The notes under the pieces are model-generated. The model ran no database searches and was not told the DNA's origin. It saw nothing but the letters and a program-made list of their open reading frames with translations. Positions 44,193 through 57,190 of a DNA stretch of 64,000 nucleotides are shown here, piece after piece. Position 1 is the stretch's first letter, and every line of letters begins with the position of its first letter. Source of the DNA: the human T2T-CHM13v2.0 reference genome, Homo sapiens. The position numbers and the translations under genes were made by a program. The stretch lies in NCBI RefSeq assembly GCF_009914755.1, contig NC_060928.1; one strand, 5' to 3'.

Positions 44193-44955
44193 GCCAGGAT
44201 CCACACTGAGCCAACCACCCAAGATCCATTAGCTCAAGTAATCTTCATGATTCCCCTGTGAGAGGCATATTGGCCCCATTTTGAAAATAAAGAATCAAAG
44301 TCTCAAAAAGGCTAAGTAATTTTAAAAGATCTCCAAACCAGTGTCTAGGATATCAAGGAATTTATCTCAGTCTCAATAGATTATTTGATTGTCAATATAG
44401 AAAATGTAAAGTATCTACAGATGATCTACTCAATATAACTGGAGAGTCTGGAAATGTTTCTGGAAATAATTTCACTATATACCAAGAACACCAACTAGAG
44501 AAAATATACCATTTTCAATAGCAATACGAATTATAAATCTAAAACAGTATTGCAACTTTTGTAGAAAAAAAATGAAAGTATTATTGATATGAACAAAATA
44601 AATAATTTTATCTTGGGCAAGACTAACCCCAGTGCCCAAGTTCTTCACTACACATTGAGACAGAGAGAGAAAACAAGAGGCCAAAACAGACACAAAGAGT
44701 GGGACGAGGGGACTGAGAGGCAGGCAGAAACATGCTCTCTATACGTTTGTCCAATTTTGATAGTCAGGGAATAGGCCAGTTACTAAAAGGCTCTATCCTC
44801 CCACTCTCAGACCAGAAGGGAGAAAGAACAGAGTATAGGATACATTTACCTGTCTGTATATGTTGCTGTTTCTTAGACTGCAAGGGACCTTTTCAGAACC
44901 CAATGGGCAAGCAGAGAACAAGTGCAAATAAGTGAATCATAAAAAGGAGGCTTCT

Positions 44956-45224
44956 GGCCAGGCGCAGTGTCTCATGCCTGTAATCCCAGCACTTTGGGAG
45001 GCTGAGGCAGGTGGATCATTTGAGGTCAAGAGTTTGAGAGCAGCCTGGGCAGCATGGCAAAACCTTGACTGCAAAAATATACAAAAATTAACCGAGTGTG
45101 GTGGTGCATGCCTGTGGTCCCAGCTACTCAGTAGGCTGAGGTGGGAGGATCCCTTGATCCCAGGAAGTGGAGGCTGTACTCCAGCCTGGGCGACAGAGTG
45201 AGATCCTGTCTCAGAAAAAAATAA
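44956..45224 (+). mobile_element. AluJ-like with right-arm deletion
   Basis: Contains 'ggtgggaggatcccttga'. 'gaggctgtactccagcc' lacks about 24 bp. Approximate TSD aaaa(a/g)ggaggctt. Confidence 0.9.
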
Positions 45225-45916
45225 AAAAGGGAGGCTTGGCAGCCTTGTGCTGGGGCTGAGCACAGAGCCCTTCATTCCTCTCTAGCCAGGACCCTTCAAG
45301 GTTGATTGGCACATGGGACAGACCCAAGCCCTAAAATTTCCACAGCCAGCCAGAGGGCAGGCTTCTGACTCCACAGCTATACCTTATACTCATTTCAGGT
45401 GCTCTTCCTGGGAAATTAGGTTCACTTTTTAGATAAATCTTAGAAATTCAGCTAACAAAAGTGTCCTCTTTGCCAGTGGGGACTTCTCTGAATGCCCTTT
45501 TCAGCTCGGCTCCTCTGAAGCTATGCTCCTACCTTGTTCCATGTGGAAAGGCTCTTCCATTTTGCAGAGAACATGCACACTGGACTTTGCACAGGTGAAC
45601 TTCATGGGCTCATCTGAGGTCTATTGGGTTGACTCATGAACCTTCTGTGTCCAAGAGCATTATGGTCAAAGACATTCAGAATTGGCAGCCTGGGGAATCC
45701 AGTTGCCACTTCGCCTGACGCCTTCATCAGGGTCCTTATTAAGGCTGAGGCACTATGGGACTGCCTACAATGCCCTGCTGTGACCACAGTGGCATTCTCT
45801 CATATAGACAAATTCTACTCATGAATTCTTTTGACTTTTTTCTGATTTTCAATAAGAAAATGCTGTGGCCCCATGGACTATCGAAGCCTCTAGGGGCAGA
45901 AAACCCTGGATTCACC

Positions 45917-45956
45917 CTCGGGCTCGGGCTCTGGCTCGGGCTCTGGCTCTGGCTCT
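45917..45956. repeat. Hexamer repeat (CTCKGG)6
   Basis: ctcggg ctcggg ctctgg ctcggg ctctgg ctctgg ctct. Confidence 0.9.
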
Positions 45957-46645
45957 CCTAGGTTGGGAGACAAAGGGAAGCTGCCTGATTCTTATAGCAT
46001 CAATGCCATAATTTCAAAAGGAAATTATTGGTTTTATCTAAAGAGATTGTTGCCATGAGGATGTGAGGTACTATATGTAGAAGGACTGCATTGCACAACT
46101 TCGCTCTCTAATCTTCAGACTATTTGCTCATATTTTGACATATTTAATTCTGGATTCTTCAGCATGCCAATTTCTCCTGTCTGAGGCTGGATTTTTCATC
46201 TTAAAAAAGGTGATGAAAGTCATGTATGTCATAGTGATTAATGTAAAAATAAATCCAAATCATGCTATATAAACTATACAGAAGTGAAAACAAGTGTCAT
46301 TGTTATCAGAATTTGATTATTGATTTATTTTTCACAATCTCTTCATGATTACCTAGTCATCTTCTGAACCTATATAAAATAGTTACGAAGACGTAAAGTT
46401 GCCCTATTTCCCACCTTAAGTTTTAGCAAGAAAAAAGAAATTGAGGCTTGGAGACTCCAACTTTTAAGAGAAAAGTCTGATATTTTCTAGTTTTCTTAGA
46501 TGAGATGCAACAAGGTCAGCCTTTAAAAATTAAAGCTTTTCCTCTGGCTTCTTCACAGTGGAGAAACTATAATGAAATCTGACTAAATTGCTTTTTAATT
46601 GGCAAAGCAATAAATCAGTGAAAATGTATTCTTTCTGTATTTCAG

Positions 46646-46807
46646 GACGACTCTATTGGATCTGGAAATAAATCACTTCATGTGGTATTGTTTCATCTTT
46701 ATTGGTTCTTCTTTTTCACAAATTTATAGAAGTACCAACACTTAAGGGTGAAGAAAAATATAAAGTCACATATGACTCCTGGCATAATGATTTGCCTTTT
46801 GGATCAG
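46646..46807 (+). other. Candidate 162-nt non-coding exon
   Basis: Acceptor 'ttctttctgtatttcag|G' and donor 'CAG|gtgaga'. All three frames contain stops. Confidence 0.35.
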
Positions 46808-47137
46808 GTGAGAAAATTATTGAAATTTTTAATTCAATCTAGGAATGAAGCATTTTGGAAGTGTTTTTCAATATCCTAAGATTATTACAGGAACTTATGG
46901 TACTTTAGTGATAGTTAAGTGCCTGAAAGGTCCAATCAAGGATTATGGACAGATTTGGTCTGTGCTTGGATTAAGAGACACAAAAATGATGATGGCAAGA
47001 TGATGTCCTAATTATTCTGTACATTTACAGAGCATGTTCTATGTTAGAAAGCACCTTCTCATTCATTGTCTAATCTGATTTTTCTAACAACCCTGGGAGG
47101 TAGACAGGAAAAAGATCTTCATTCTCTTTTCACTCTA

Positions 47138-47449
47138 TTTTTTTTTTTTTTTTTTTTTTTGAGATGGAGTCTTGCTCTGTTGCCCAGGCTGGAGTGCAGT
47201 GGCACAATCTTGGCTCACTGCAACCTCCGCCCCCCGGGTCCTGGTGATTCTTCTGCCTCAGCCTCCTGAGTAGCTAGGATTATAGCCACTCACCACCACA
47301 CTTGGCTAATTTTTTTTTTTTGTATTTTTATTAGAAATGGGGTTTAGCCATGTTGGCCAGGCTGGTCTTGAACGCCTGACCTCTGGTGATCCACCTGCCT
47401 CGGCCTCCCAAGGTGCTAGGATTACAGACTTGAGCCACCATGCCTGGCC
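47138..47449 (-). mobile_element. AluSx-like inserted in a MIR
   Basis: Poly(T) plus a full antisense Alu. TSD core 'actctattttt'. MIR motifs on both sides. Confidence 0.94.
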
Positions 47450-49256
47450 TCTTACTCTATTTTTTCTGGAAACTGAGGCACAAACAGTTTTAATGACTTA
47501 AGTCATTGGCACAATTGAGATTGAAATTAGGCTCTGTCTGATGTCAAAGCCTAAGACAGAAAACTATTACCAAGTTAATAGACTATTCCAAAATGGATGA
47601 TAATATCAACTTTAAAAGAGTCACGGAGAAGAAGATCATAACAAATGGTCAGAATGCCAGTTTGAACATCAAGCAAAAACAAACAGTTTGGTCCAGCACA
47701 AAACACTTCAAGAAAAGTTTGGTTGGGAAGCAGAAACACAACAGTCAGTCATTAAAGCATAGACTTTGCAAGACAACTGCAGAGACTGGCTCGGACACTT
47801 ACTGCCCAAAGCGATGCTTTGGGCACATCACTTAACTCCTCTGTGATAAACAAAGGATAGTGACTCCTACCTTATCTGTAAAAAGAGGAAAGCAATTTCT
47901 CCCTCATGGAGCTGCCGCGAGGATTATAGGTGATAATGTGCGGATGTGTTTGGGACAAGAAGCATTCGCACAAAGTAAGCCGGGATGAGCCGTCTCTTCT
48001 CAGCACATAACGGCGGGCGTGTGAAGCCCTTGGCCCAGTCTGCGGGCCCTGCTTCTCAATGTATTCAAGTGACAGAGGGCAGTGGTATCGGCCTACACAA
48101 GGGAGAGAATTATAGACTCCAGAGCCTGAGACATCTTACAGGGAATATGGAGAATCCAAATGGCATGTTCAGTTTGTGCTGCATGGTGGAGGTCTTGGTA
48201 CCAGAGCCAGGAATTTGGGCTCTACTCCGCAGGCAGCAGCAAACCACAGAAGGGGTTGCAGTAAGTGGGTGGCACTCTCCAAGCTGTTCTTCAAAAACAT
48301 CCATCAGACAGCCACTGTCAGAGGTAGGGGGACAGGTCAGAAACTTGTTTTAGGACTCCACCCTTAGGAAGAGAAGAAGAAGTTAACCATAAAAGAATTA
48401 CCATTCTCAGGGCAACTAGTGGCCACGGGCCACTCAAGGGCTGGACATATCTCACTTTTAAAATTTTATTTATTTTCTGAAATTTGCAACTCGGCGCATC
48501 CGACTGGGTGCTATACACAGTCGTCTGCAGCTTCACACAAGTTTGTGGTTGCTTTTAAATACCAACTTTCAACATTTGCTCTTGTCCTTTGTGCTCATCT
48601 CCAGGTGATTAAAATCCTATCTGTTTTTTTCAGGACTCGAACATCAATACCTTATCAACGCCGCTCTCTGCTGGCGTCCCTGGCTCTTCATTGACCTTGT
48701 CTTCCTTTTGTGCCTGAAATGCTTTCATGATGGACTGGATCTTCTCTCACCCCTGAGCACTCTGCCTTTTATCCTGAAATCCATGCCGTTAGCCATTTTT
48801 TCCACTCCCTTAGCTCAAGACCTGTCTTTTTGTATCCTGTTTGGCTTTCTCGCTATTCCTTGATTTCTTTTCACTCCTCTGTATTCATGCTGACCTTTTT
48901 TTTTTTTCTTGCTTATTTATTGCTTGATGGCATTCATCACCTCTGGGTATAGAATCATTTATCCACTATGTCTCCTTTCTTCCCGCTTGAACTTCACTCA
49001 ATGTTACCTTTATTTCCCCCTGATTCTACTCTGCTGTAATCTGACTTTCCATTATTATTCTTATCAGCAGTCTGTTATTTATAGAGCGGAGAAATAAGAT
49101 AAGCTCCTTCTAATATAGATGGGGCACAGGCAATGTAGCTGGGAATAAGAAATGTAAAAAGGAAGGCAGAGCTGCAAAAAGCAGAGCTCCAGGGGCATTG
49201 CTGATGGCTGGATGAAAAGGGAACTGCAGAAAGGATTTAGGGTAGAAAAGTGAGAT

Positions 49257-49397
49257 AGCATTGGGAGATATGCCTAATGCTAGATGACGAGTTAGTGGGT
49301 GCAGTGCACCAGCATGGCACATGGATACATATGTAACTAACCTGCACAATGTGCACATGTACCCTAAAACTTAAAGTGTAATAAAAAAAAAAAAAAA
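49257..49397 (+). mobile_element. Very short L1PA2-like 3' end
   Basis: 'gcattgggagata...gctagatgacgagttagtgggtgcag...taactaacctgcacaatgtg' plus poly(A). Perfect TSD agaaaagtgagat at 49244-49256 and 49398-49410. Confidence 0.92.
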
Positions 49398-49459
49398 AGA
49401 AAAGTGAGATCGCAGCAAAGGTAGTTATCTTCCAGGAAAGGCGAAGAGAGAACAGTTGC

Positions 49460-49640
49460 TGATCATCTGCTTTTTGCTGAGTACTGTGTTAAATCCAGTG
49501 AATGCACCTTGTCCTTTAATCTGCACTCTAAACTATGAGGTAGTATTAGTCCTTACTTTATAGGTGAAGAAACTGAGGCTTACAGGGGTTATTTTCCAAG
49601 ATAATGCAGATACTCTGGAGCAGAGCCTGCACACAATCCC
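49460..49640 (-). mobile_element. MIR
   Basis: 'ctatgaggtagtatt...tttataggtgaagaaactgaggctt'. Confidence 0.7.
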
Positions 49641-50489
49641 AAATTGTTTAAAGATGGAAAACACTCGTAGATGGGTTACTTGGCTGTATCTCAAAAGTGC
49701 TCAGAGTTTGTGTCTTTGAATTCAGTTTTCCTGGGTCTGAGACTCTATTGAAAGAGAATATTCTGAGATCCAGATAAAGATTTAGGCACACACTGCTCAT
49801 GGTATTCCTACTTGACACTATTATCAGCCGTATGTCTAATAAAAGGGAAATGACAAATTAAATAATAGCATACCCACAAAGAGAAATTCTCAAAAAACAC
49901 TCCAAGTGACATTTTAGTGATTGTAATAAAAATGGAAAACTCCTCATGTAAGAGAAGTATAAAAAATGAACATCCAGAAGTATGTTCAATTGAAAAATAT
50001 AAAATTATGCAAATTAAATATTTGTATTTTTATCTCATTTTCTTTTGTAAGATATAGTATATAAGATATTATCTCTTATTTTATAGGAACTTGGAAAAGA
50101 TTTCAAAATAAAAAGGTGAAGAAAAATGATAGCCCTGAACTTTCTGCTGCTTAGCTTTTTTTATCTTCATACTATGAGATAGACAAATGTTTGTATATAT
50201 ACTTATTTGATTTCCTTGTTCTCACTTTAAACATTTTGAACAAGACATACAAAAGAGAAAATAAAGGAAACAAAAAGCTCGTAATTTTGCCAACTAGAAA
50301 TGACCACCACTAATATTTTAGAGTGTTTCTTACAGCTTTTCATTGCATTATATTTTCATGGTTGAAATCAGGCTCCGTATACCGTTATTTTAACAACAAC
50401 ATAAAATGTCAACACAAGATTAGTTATAGGAGATACGTTATCTAAAAACACTTGTGATTACCTTCAATAATTACTATTGCCAATGTATT

Positions 50490-50630
50490 TATCTGTATCA
50501 CCCACACCCACTAGACTATAAAGTTCCTCATACAGGTATCATATATATTTTGCTCACAGATATAGTCTTAAAGTCTAGAATAATACCTGGCATTTGCAGG
50601 CACTCAGAACATGCAGTGAACAAGTGAGTG
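50490..50630 (+). mobile_element. L2 3' end
   Basis: 'cactagactataaagttcct...tctagaataatacctggca...aggcactcag'. Confidence 0.65.
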
Positions 50631-51319
50631 ATACAGGAGAATTTTTTCCTGTCTGCTTTATTTACCTGATTTTTAAAAATGACTTTAATTAATTCAAAGG
50701 TGTTTTAGAGTTGCAGAAAATAATATTTTCATTCCCTTGATTATAAAAATGGCCATATGTAGCTCAATGATACCTGCTTTATTTGGTGAGAGAGAAAAGC
50801 AAAAATAAAACATAATTTGTCTGACAATTTTTCTGGCAGTGTGTCTCAAACATTTGGTCATAGTTAAATAGAGGAAACAAGCAATATCAATAATGGTTTT
50901 AAGTGATATGAAACACATCAAGAGTAAAGCTTGCCTATTAAGAAGGACAGTTGTAAATACTACCAAAAGACAAAAGTAAAACAGGGCCAAGTTTCTTCCC
51001 CATGGACAGAGTACTCTGAAAAACATATGGCCTTTATTATTATAGAATTTGGGGTACAAACGAAGAAAGAGAAGACCTAAAAGTTTTTGAAAACCCCAAG
51101 TTTTCTATTATAATTTTTCTAGTTTGTATTTGTCTCTCCACCAATTGAAACATATCATTAAGTGATTTTTTGAGGTAATTTAACATATATATGTTAGTAT
51201 TTGCATATTATTTACTTTTAACTTATTTTCAGATATAAATGACAACTTGGCTGGTATAACATTCTTTGACTACTTTATATTTTTCTTCTGATTTTGAAGT
51301 ATTCTTCCTTTATCTTTGA

Positions 51320-51661
<342 letters not shown>

Positions 51662-52014
51662 TAATAGTTTTCTTAATAGTTGTAAATTTTTTTTTCTGCT
51701 TTAAATTCCACTTCACATCTCTCTCAGAATATGCTCAGATGTATTTCCTCTTATTTGTTATTTTTTCTTTGTTTTATTTTTAATGAGTGTTTTAAAGCAA
51801 TACATTAGGTCCATTTCAACCTCAGGATCTTGGAAAAACAAATATATCATTCAATTTTATTCTTTTCTAAGTATTCTTATACTATCCCAAAACAAACAAA
51901 GCAAAACCCCTCAACTTTTAGGTCAGATTTTGATTTTCTAAACTTAGAATTTTATCTCTGTCTTATTGTTATTCTCCATATACAAATAAAACACTTTCAT
52001 ATCCTAGCTATCAT

Positions 52015-52429
52015 TGTTATTAGTCCATTTGCATTGCTATAAAGAAATGTCTGATGCTGGGTAATTCATGAGAAAAGAGGTTTAATTGGCAAACGGTTCT
52101 GCAGGCTGTACAGGAAGCATAGAGACATCTGCTTCCGGAGAGGCCTCGGGAGGCTGATAATCATGGCGGAAGGCAAAGGGGGAGCAGGCACCTCACATGG
52201 CAAAAGCAGGAGCAAGAGAGAGAGGGGGGAGGTGCCACACACTTTTAAATGTCCAGATCTTGTGTGAACTCAGAGCAGGAGCTCACTTATTATCAAGGGG
52301 ATGGCACAGGTCATTCATGAGGGGTCACCCCCATGATCTAAACACCTCCCACCAGGTCCCCCACCTCCAGCAATGGGGATTACAATTTAACATAAGATTT
52401 AGGCGCGGATAAATATCCATACTATATCA
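52015..52429 (-). mobile_element. MSTB1-like solo LTR
   Basis: 'ggttctgcaggctgtacaggaagcat' and 'catggcggaaggcaaagggggagcaggc'. Perfect TSD atcat at 52010-52014 and 52430-52434. Confidence 0.9.
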
Positions 52430-53875
52430 ATCATCTTTTCAATGTCATTGTATTGTCTTTTTATCTCTTATGTTTGGCATTCTTTCAGAGAATGCCTTCT
52501 TGTAGAAATCTGCTTGACTGAGCTCTAAAAGTAATAACATAAAAATAGTTCCCTTTATAAATAATTTTCAGAAGTGAGTCATCCACAAGCATTAAAGTAC
52601 CCAGTCTTTTACTTTTGTCTGCAGTACATTTTTCATGACCAAGTTGTTCCAATTATTGCACATTTCACATTTTATTACAATTGCCCATTTATCTGAAAAT
52701 TGCATTTTACTCATTTTTGAAATTTGGTGTCTACCCAGAACCAGCATTTGTCAAATGACACACCGTATATCTTGTCTTGGGTTCCATCCCATCCCTGATT
52801 GGCTGAAAATCACTTTCCCTTTGTGGATCAAAAGCAGGTCATCTTCTCATCTCATAGCCCAGTGAACAGAAACTAAAGAATTTTCACTTAGAAGGTCTTC
52901 TTAGATAATGTGTAATCTTCTTCTACCCTACCTCTCTTCTTATCATAGAATATACCACTGCTGGCCACATGCAAATCCCTATCCCAATCTCTAAATTAGT
53001 TGTTTCTCATTTTGCATTTTCTGAATTTGGAGGCACCAATTGGAGAACACGATAAGAAGCCAAGAAAAAGTGACAATAACTCAGTTTTCTATTACAAAAC
53101 AAATTGTACCTTTGAAATCTAGGAAAAGGTGACAAAAAGTCTTCCTAGCTATTTTAAGGGGCCTGTTATAAAACATTTTTTTCTGCCTGATTTCTGAATC
53201 AGTGGATGATTGGCATAGAATCCAGGCATATTGAGATTAAAATTCACTTCATTAATAATAAAATTGGTGGAGAACTTGGATTAAGATCTGCAGCCAAGTG
53301 GAATTACTGTTATTGTACCCTGAACTAGATGGACCTACCTTCTCATGTGGAGTAAGACAAGCTCAGGCCTTCACCTGGTGGTACTGTCTGTATGACCTAA
53401 GCCTGAAGGAGGAAGAGAGCATGTGTTTCCTACACGGAGGAGTGAATAAGGGGTGTCGACAGTATAACACTCCCAGAAACAGGAAAGGAGGATAAGAGCA
53501 CCCACCCTAACAAATAATTGCTCCCTTTCTTTTCAGCTGGAACCACTAGAGTAGATGGGCCAACAATTGCAGATTAAATTATGTTAAATAGGATAGATGT
53601 TTGATTAAACTTTCTCTTAGATTCTGCGATTGGGTTGGTAAACTTTCAAAACTGTTAATTTTTTTTGGTGCCTTGGAGATTTTAATAAGAATTTAGAATG
53701 TTTATTATGAGATAAGCTAGCCTAGCCTACTTTTTTTACTTTTTATTCCTGTCTTTTCCAGATTTTCTACAAAGAACATATTTAGAATCAGAAAACAATA
53801 GCAATGAATAAGCAATTAACAAATCAATGTTGACTTTAAGAATAAGGCTCACTGTTAAAAAAAGTGCACTGTGCC

Positions 53876-54200
<325 letters not shown>

Positions 54201-54210
54201 CTATTTTGCA

Positions 54211-54600
54211 TGCATTAATCTGCTCAGGCTGCTATAACAAAAACACAGGATGGGTGGTATAAACAACAGACATTTATTTTCTTACAGTTCTGGAGGCTAG
54301 AGTTCATGGTGGAGGTGCTGTCAAATTTGGTTTCCACTGAGGGCTTGCTGCTGGCCTTATTGGGAACTGTGTTCTCACATGACCTTTCCTCTGTAATAGC
54401 ATAAAGGAAGACAGATCTCTGGTGTCTGTTCCTTTTCTTATAAAGACGCTCAAGCTTAGGTTAGTTAGGGCCACACCTTTATGACTACATTTAACTTTAG
54501 TTCCTCTTCAAAGTTTCTATCTCCAAGTACCGTCGCACTGGGGGCAAGGGCTTTGGCTTTAACATATGACTTTTGAAGGAACACACTTCAGTTCATAACA
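54211..54600 (-). mobile_element. MLT1A-like solo LTR
   Basis: 'ggctgctataacaaaa', 'acagttctggaggctag' and end 'ttcagttcataaca'. TSD ttgca/ctgca. Confidence 0.82.
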
Positions 54601-55365
54601 CTGCAGTTCTAATTTACTATAATTTACCTTGAGATCAGTATGAAGAAAAAGTTTGATCAAGTAAGGATTCTGCCCAGTATTGTGTAAGTGAGCATAAATT
54701 ACCCCAAACATAATTTGAATTAATGTTTCTCTTGAGTGCATAAATACCATGACCAAAACCCAATTTGTTCAAAGAGTCAGATACATGGTGGAGAAAATCC
54801 TGTGTCCTTCACCAGCTCTGCTCTTCAGAGCAAAAGAATCAGTTTGTCTATACCACCAATGACTGGTGACTATCACTATCAAATATGTCACTAACTTGCA
54901 TTTAAGTTTGACAAGTATTTTTCAATTAGCTAGGGGCAAACAGTTGCTATAGCACACATAAAAATAGATAAGACATCTTAAAGACTTGAAGACATGATAT
55001 TGTGGAGCTATAACACATTTCTGTAATCAATTTTAACAAAAGCAACTATTATATGTGATACAATAAGGAGTACATGAAGTATTTGGGGAGTTTAGGAATG
55101 GTAATTAATTGAGCATCTGGTACCATGATGGTAGGCACTCAATATTTGTACACTGACTAAACAAGGAAGGAGTAAATGGATGATTCAAAAGACAGTAGAA
55201 TGCAATTTTTAGGGACATGGTCTCTGGAGTTTCACACCTATAAACATCATGACTTCTAAGGAAGCTAGACTTCTGCAATCCCCTTGGACAAAATATTATG
55301 TGTACAGACAGGTAGAGAAAAGACCCCTTTCCCAACCACCAACCAAGATGGACTTAACACGACGT

Positions 55366-56627
55366 TTGTTTTTTTTTAAACTTTTACCTTAAGCTCAAGG
55401 GTACATGTACAGGTTTATTCCATAGGTGAACTTTTGTCATGGGAGTTTGTTGTACAGATTATTTCATCATCCAGGTATTAAGCCTAGTCCCCATTAGTTA
55501 TTTTTCCTGTTCCTCTCCCTCCTCCTACCCTCCACCTTTATGATAGGCCCCACAGTGTGTTGTTTCCCTCTATGTGTCCTTATCATTTAGCTCCAAATTA
55601 CAAGTGAAAATGTGTGGTATTTGGTTTTCTGATCCTGCATTAATTTGCTAAGAATAATGGACTCCAACTCCATCCACATCCCTGCAAAAGACATGATTTC
55701 ATTCCTTTTTGTGGCTGCATAGTATCCCATGGTGTATATGTATGATATTTTCATTATACAGTCTATCATTGATAGGCATTTAGGTTGATTACATGTCTTT
55801 GCTATTGTGAATAGTGCTACAATGAATATATGTGTGCGTGTGTCTTTATAATAGAAAGATTTGTATTCCTTTGTATATACACAGTCATGAGATTGCTGGG
55901 TCGAATGTTCCATGTTTAGGTCTTTGAGGAATCTCCACACTGTTTTTCACAATGGTTGAACTAATTTACACTCCCAGCAGCAGTATATGAGCATTCCTTT
56001 TTCTCCACAACCTTGCCAGCATCTGTTATTTCTTGACTTTTTATTAATAGCCATTCTGACTGGTGTGAGATGGTATCTCATTGTGGTTTTGATTTGCATT
56101 TCCCTAATGACCAGTGATGAGCTTTTTTTCATATAATTGTTGGCCACATGTATGTCTTCTTTTGAAAAGTGTCTGTTCATGTCCTTTGCCCACTTTTTAA
56201 TGGGATTTTTTTAAAAATTGTGAATTTGTTTAAGTTTCTTACAGATGTTGGTATTAGAACTTTCTTGAATGCATAGTTTGCAAAAATTTTCTCCCATTCT
56301 ATGGGTTGTCTGTTTACTCTCTTGATAGTTTCCTTGGCTGTTCAGAAGCTCTTTAGTTTTATTAGATCTCATTTGTCAATTTTTGCTTTTGTCGTGATTG
56401 CTTTTGGCATCTTCATCATCATGAAATCTTTGCCCTTGCCTGTGCCTTCAATGGTAGTTCCTAGGTTGTCTTCCAGGGTTTTTATAGTTTTGGGTTTTAC
56501 ATGTAAGTCTTTAATCCTTCTTGAGTGGATCAGCACTTTCTATCCATGAGCATGGAATATTTTGCCGTTTGTTTGTGTCATCTCTGATTTTTTGAGCAGT
56601 GGTTTGTAGTTCTTCTTGTAAAGAGCT
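55366..56627 (-). mobile_element. 5'-truncated L1PA15/16-like with internal deletion
   Basis: Antisense 3'UTR 'ccaggtattaagcctagt...ccattagttatttttcct' and ORF2 C-terminal peptides ([11 protein letters not shown]). Confidence 0.9.
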
Positions 56628-56639
56628 GTGACACAATGC

Positions 56640-57190
56640 CTCTTTGGAGGTGAAAGGGCCAGGGAAGGAATTAATAATTTTGTTTTCAGTTACTGCTGAA
56701 TGATCCAGAGGAGGTAATGAGAAATTGGTTGGAAATACGTATCTGTAGCTGAGAAGAGAGTTTTAAAGTTGTAGATTAATGTAATAATAAACACATTGAG
56801 GGTAGATAATATGGTCAAATGAGAGAGAAGAATGTGGGAGAGAGAGAGAGAATGAACAGACTAATCTGGGAACATCATGAGAATGAACAAACAAAGAAAT
56901 AAGTAAACTTGACGGAGATTGAGAAGAAATAATTTCAAATGTATAAGGAGAAGTAGACAAAAGCAGTATCATTAATGCCCCACAAAAGGAATAGCTTTTG
57001 AAGGAACTTGTAAAACTGGAAAATAGCTGGCTGAGGCAATTGCTAAAGGATGAAAAAACCTACTGAGGAAAAGTTTCTACAGAATGGATGGGGAAAAAAA
57101 AGTCTCATACAAGAGTTTAAAACTGTGTCAGGGGAAGCTGAGGCCATAAGTTTATAATGCTTTTCTAAAAACTTTGTTAATTAAGGAAAG
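56640..57190 (-). mobile_element. L2 fragment
   Basis: Purine-rich degenerate antisense L2 motifs. Confidence 0.45.

Noticed and set aside
45165-45190. Alu internal deletions (here and near 51613)
   Set aside because: These are common microhomology-bounded deletions with no sign of function.
47985-48353. 122-aa ORF in the CpG patch
   Set aside because: I recognised no homology, and locally higher GC lengthens chance ORFs.
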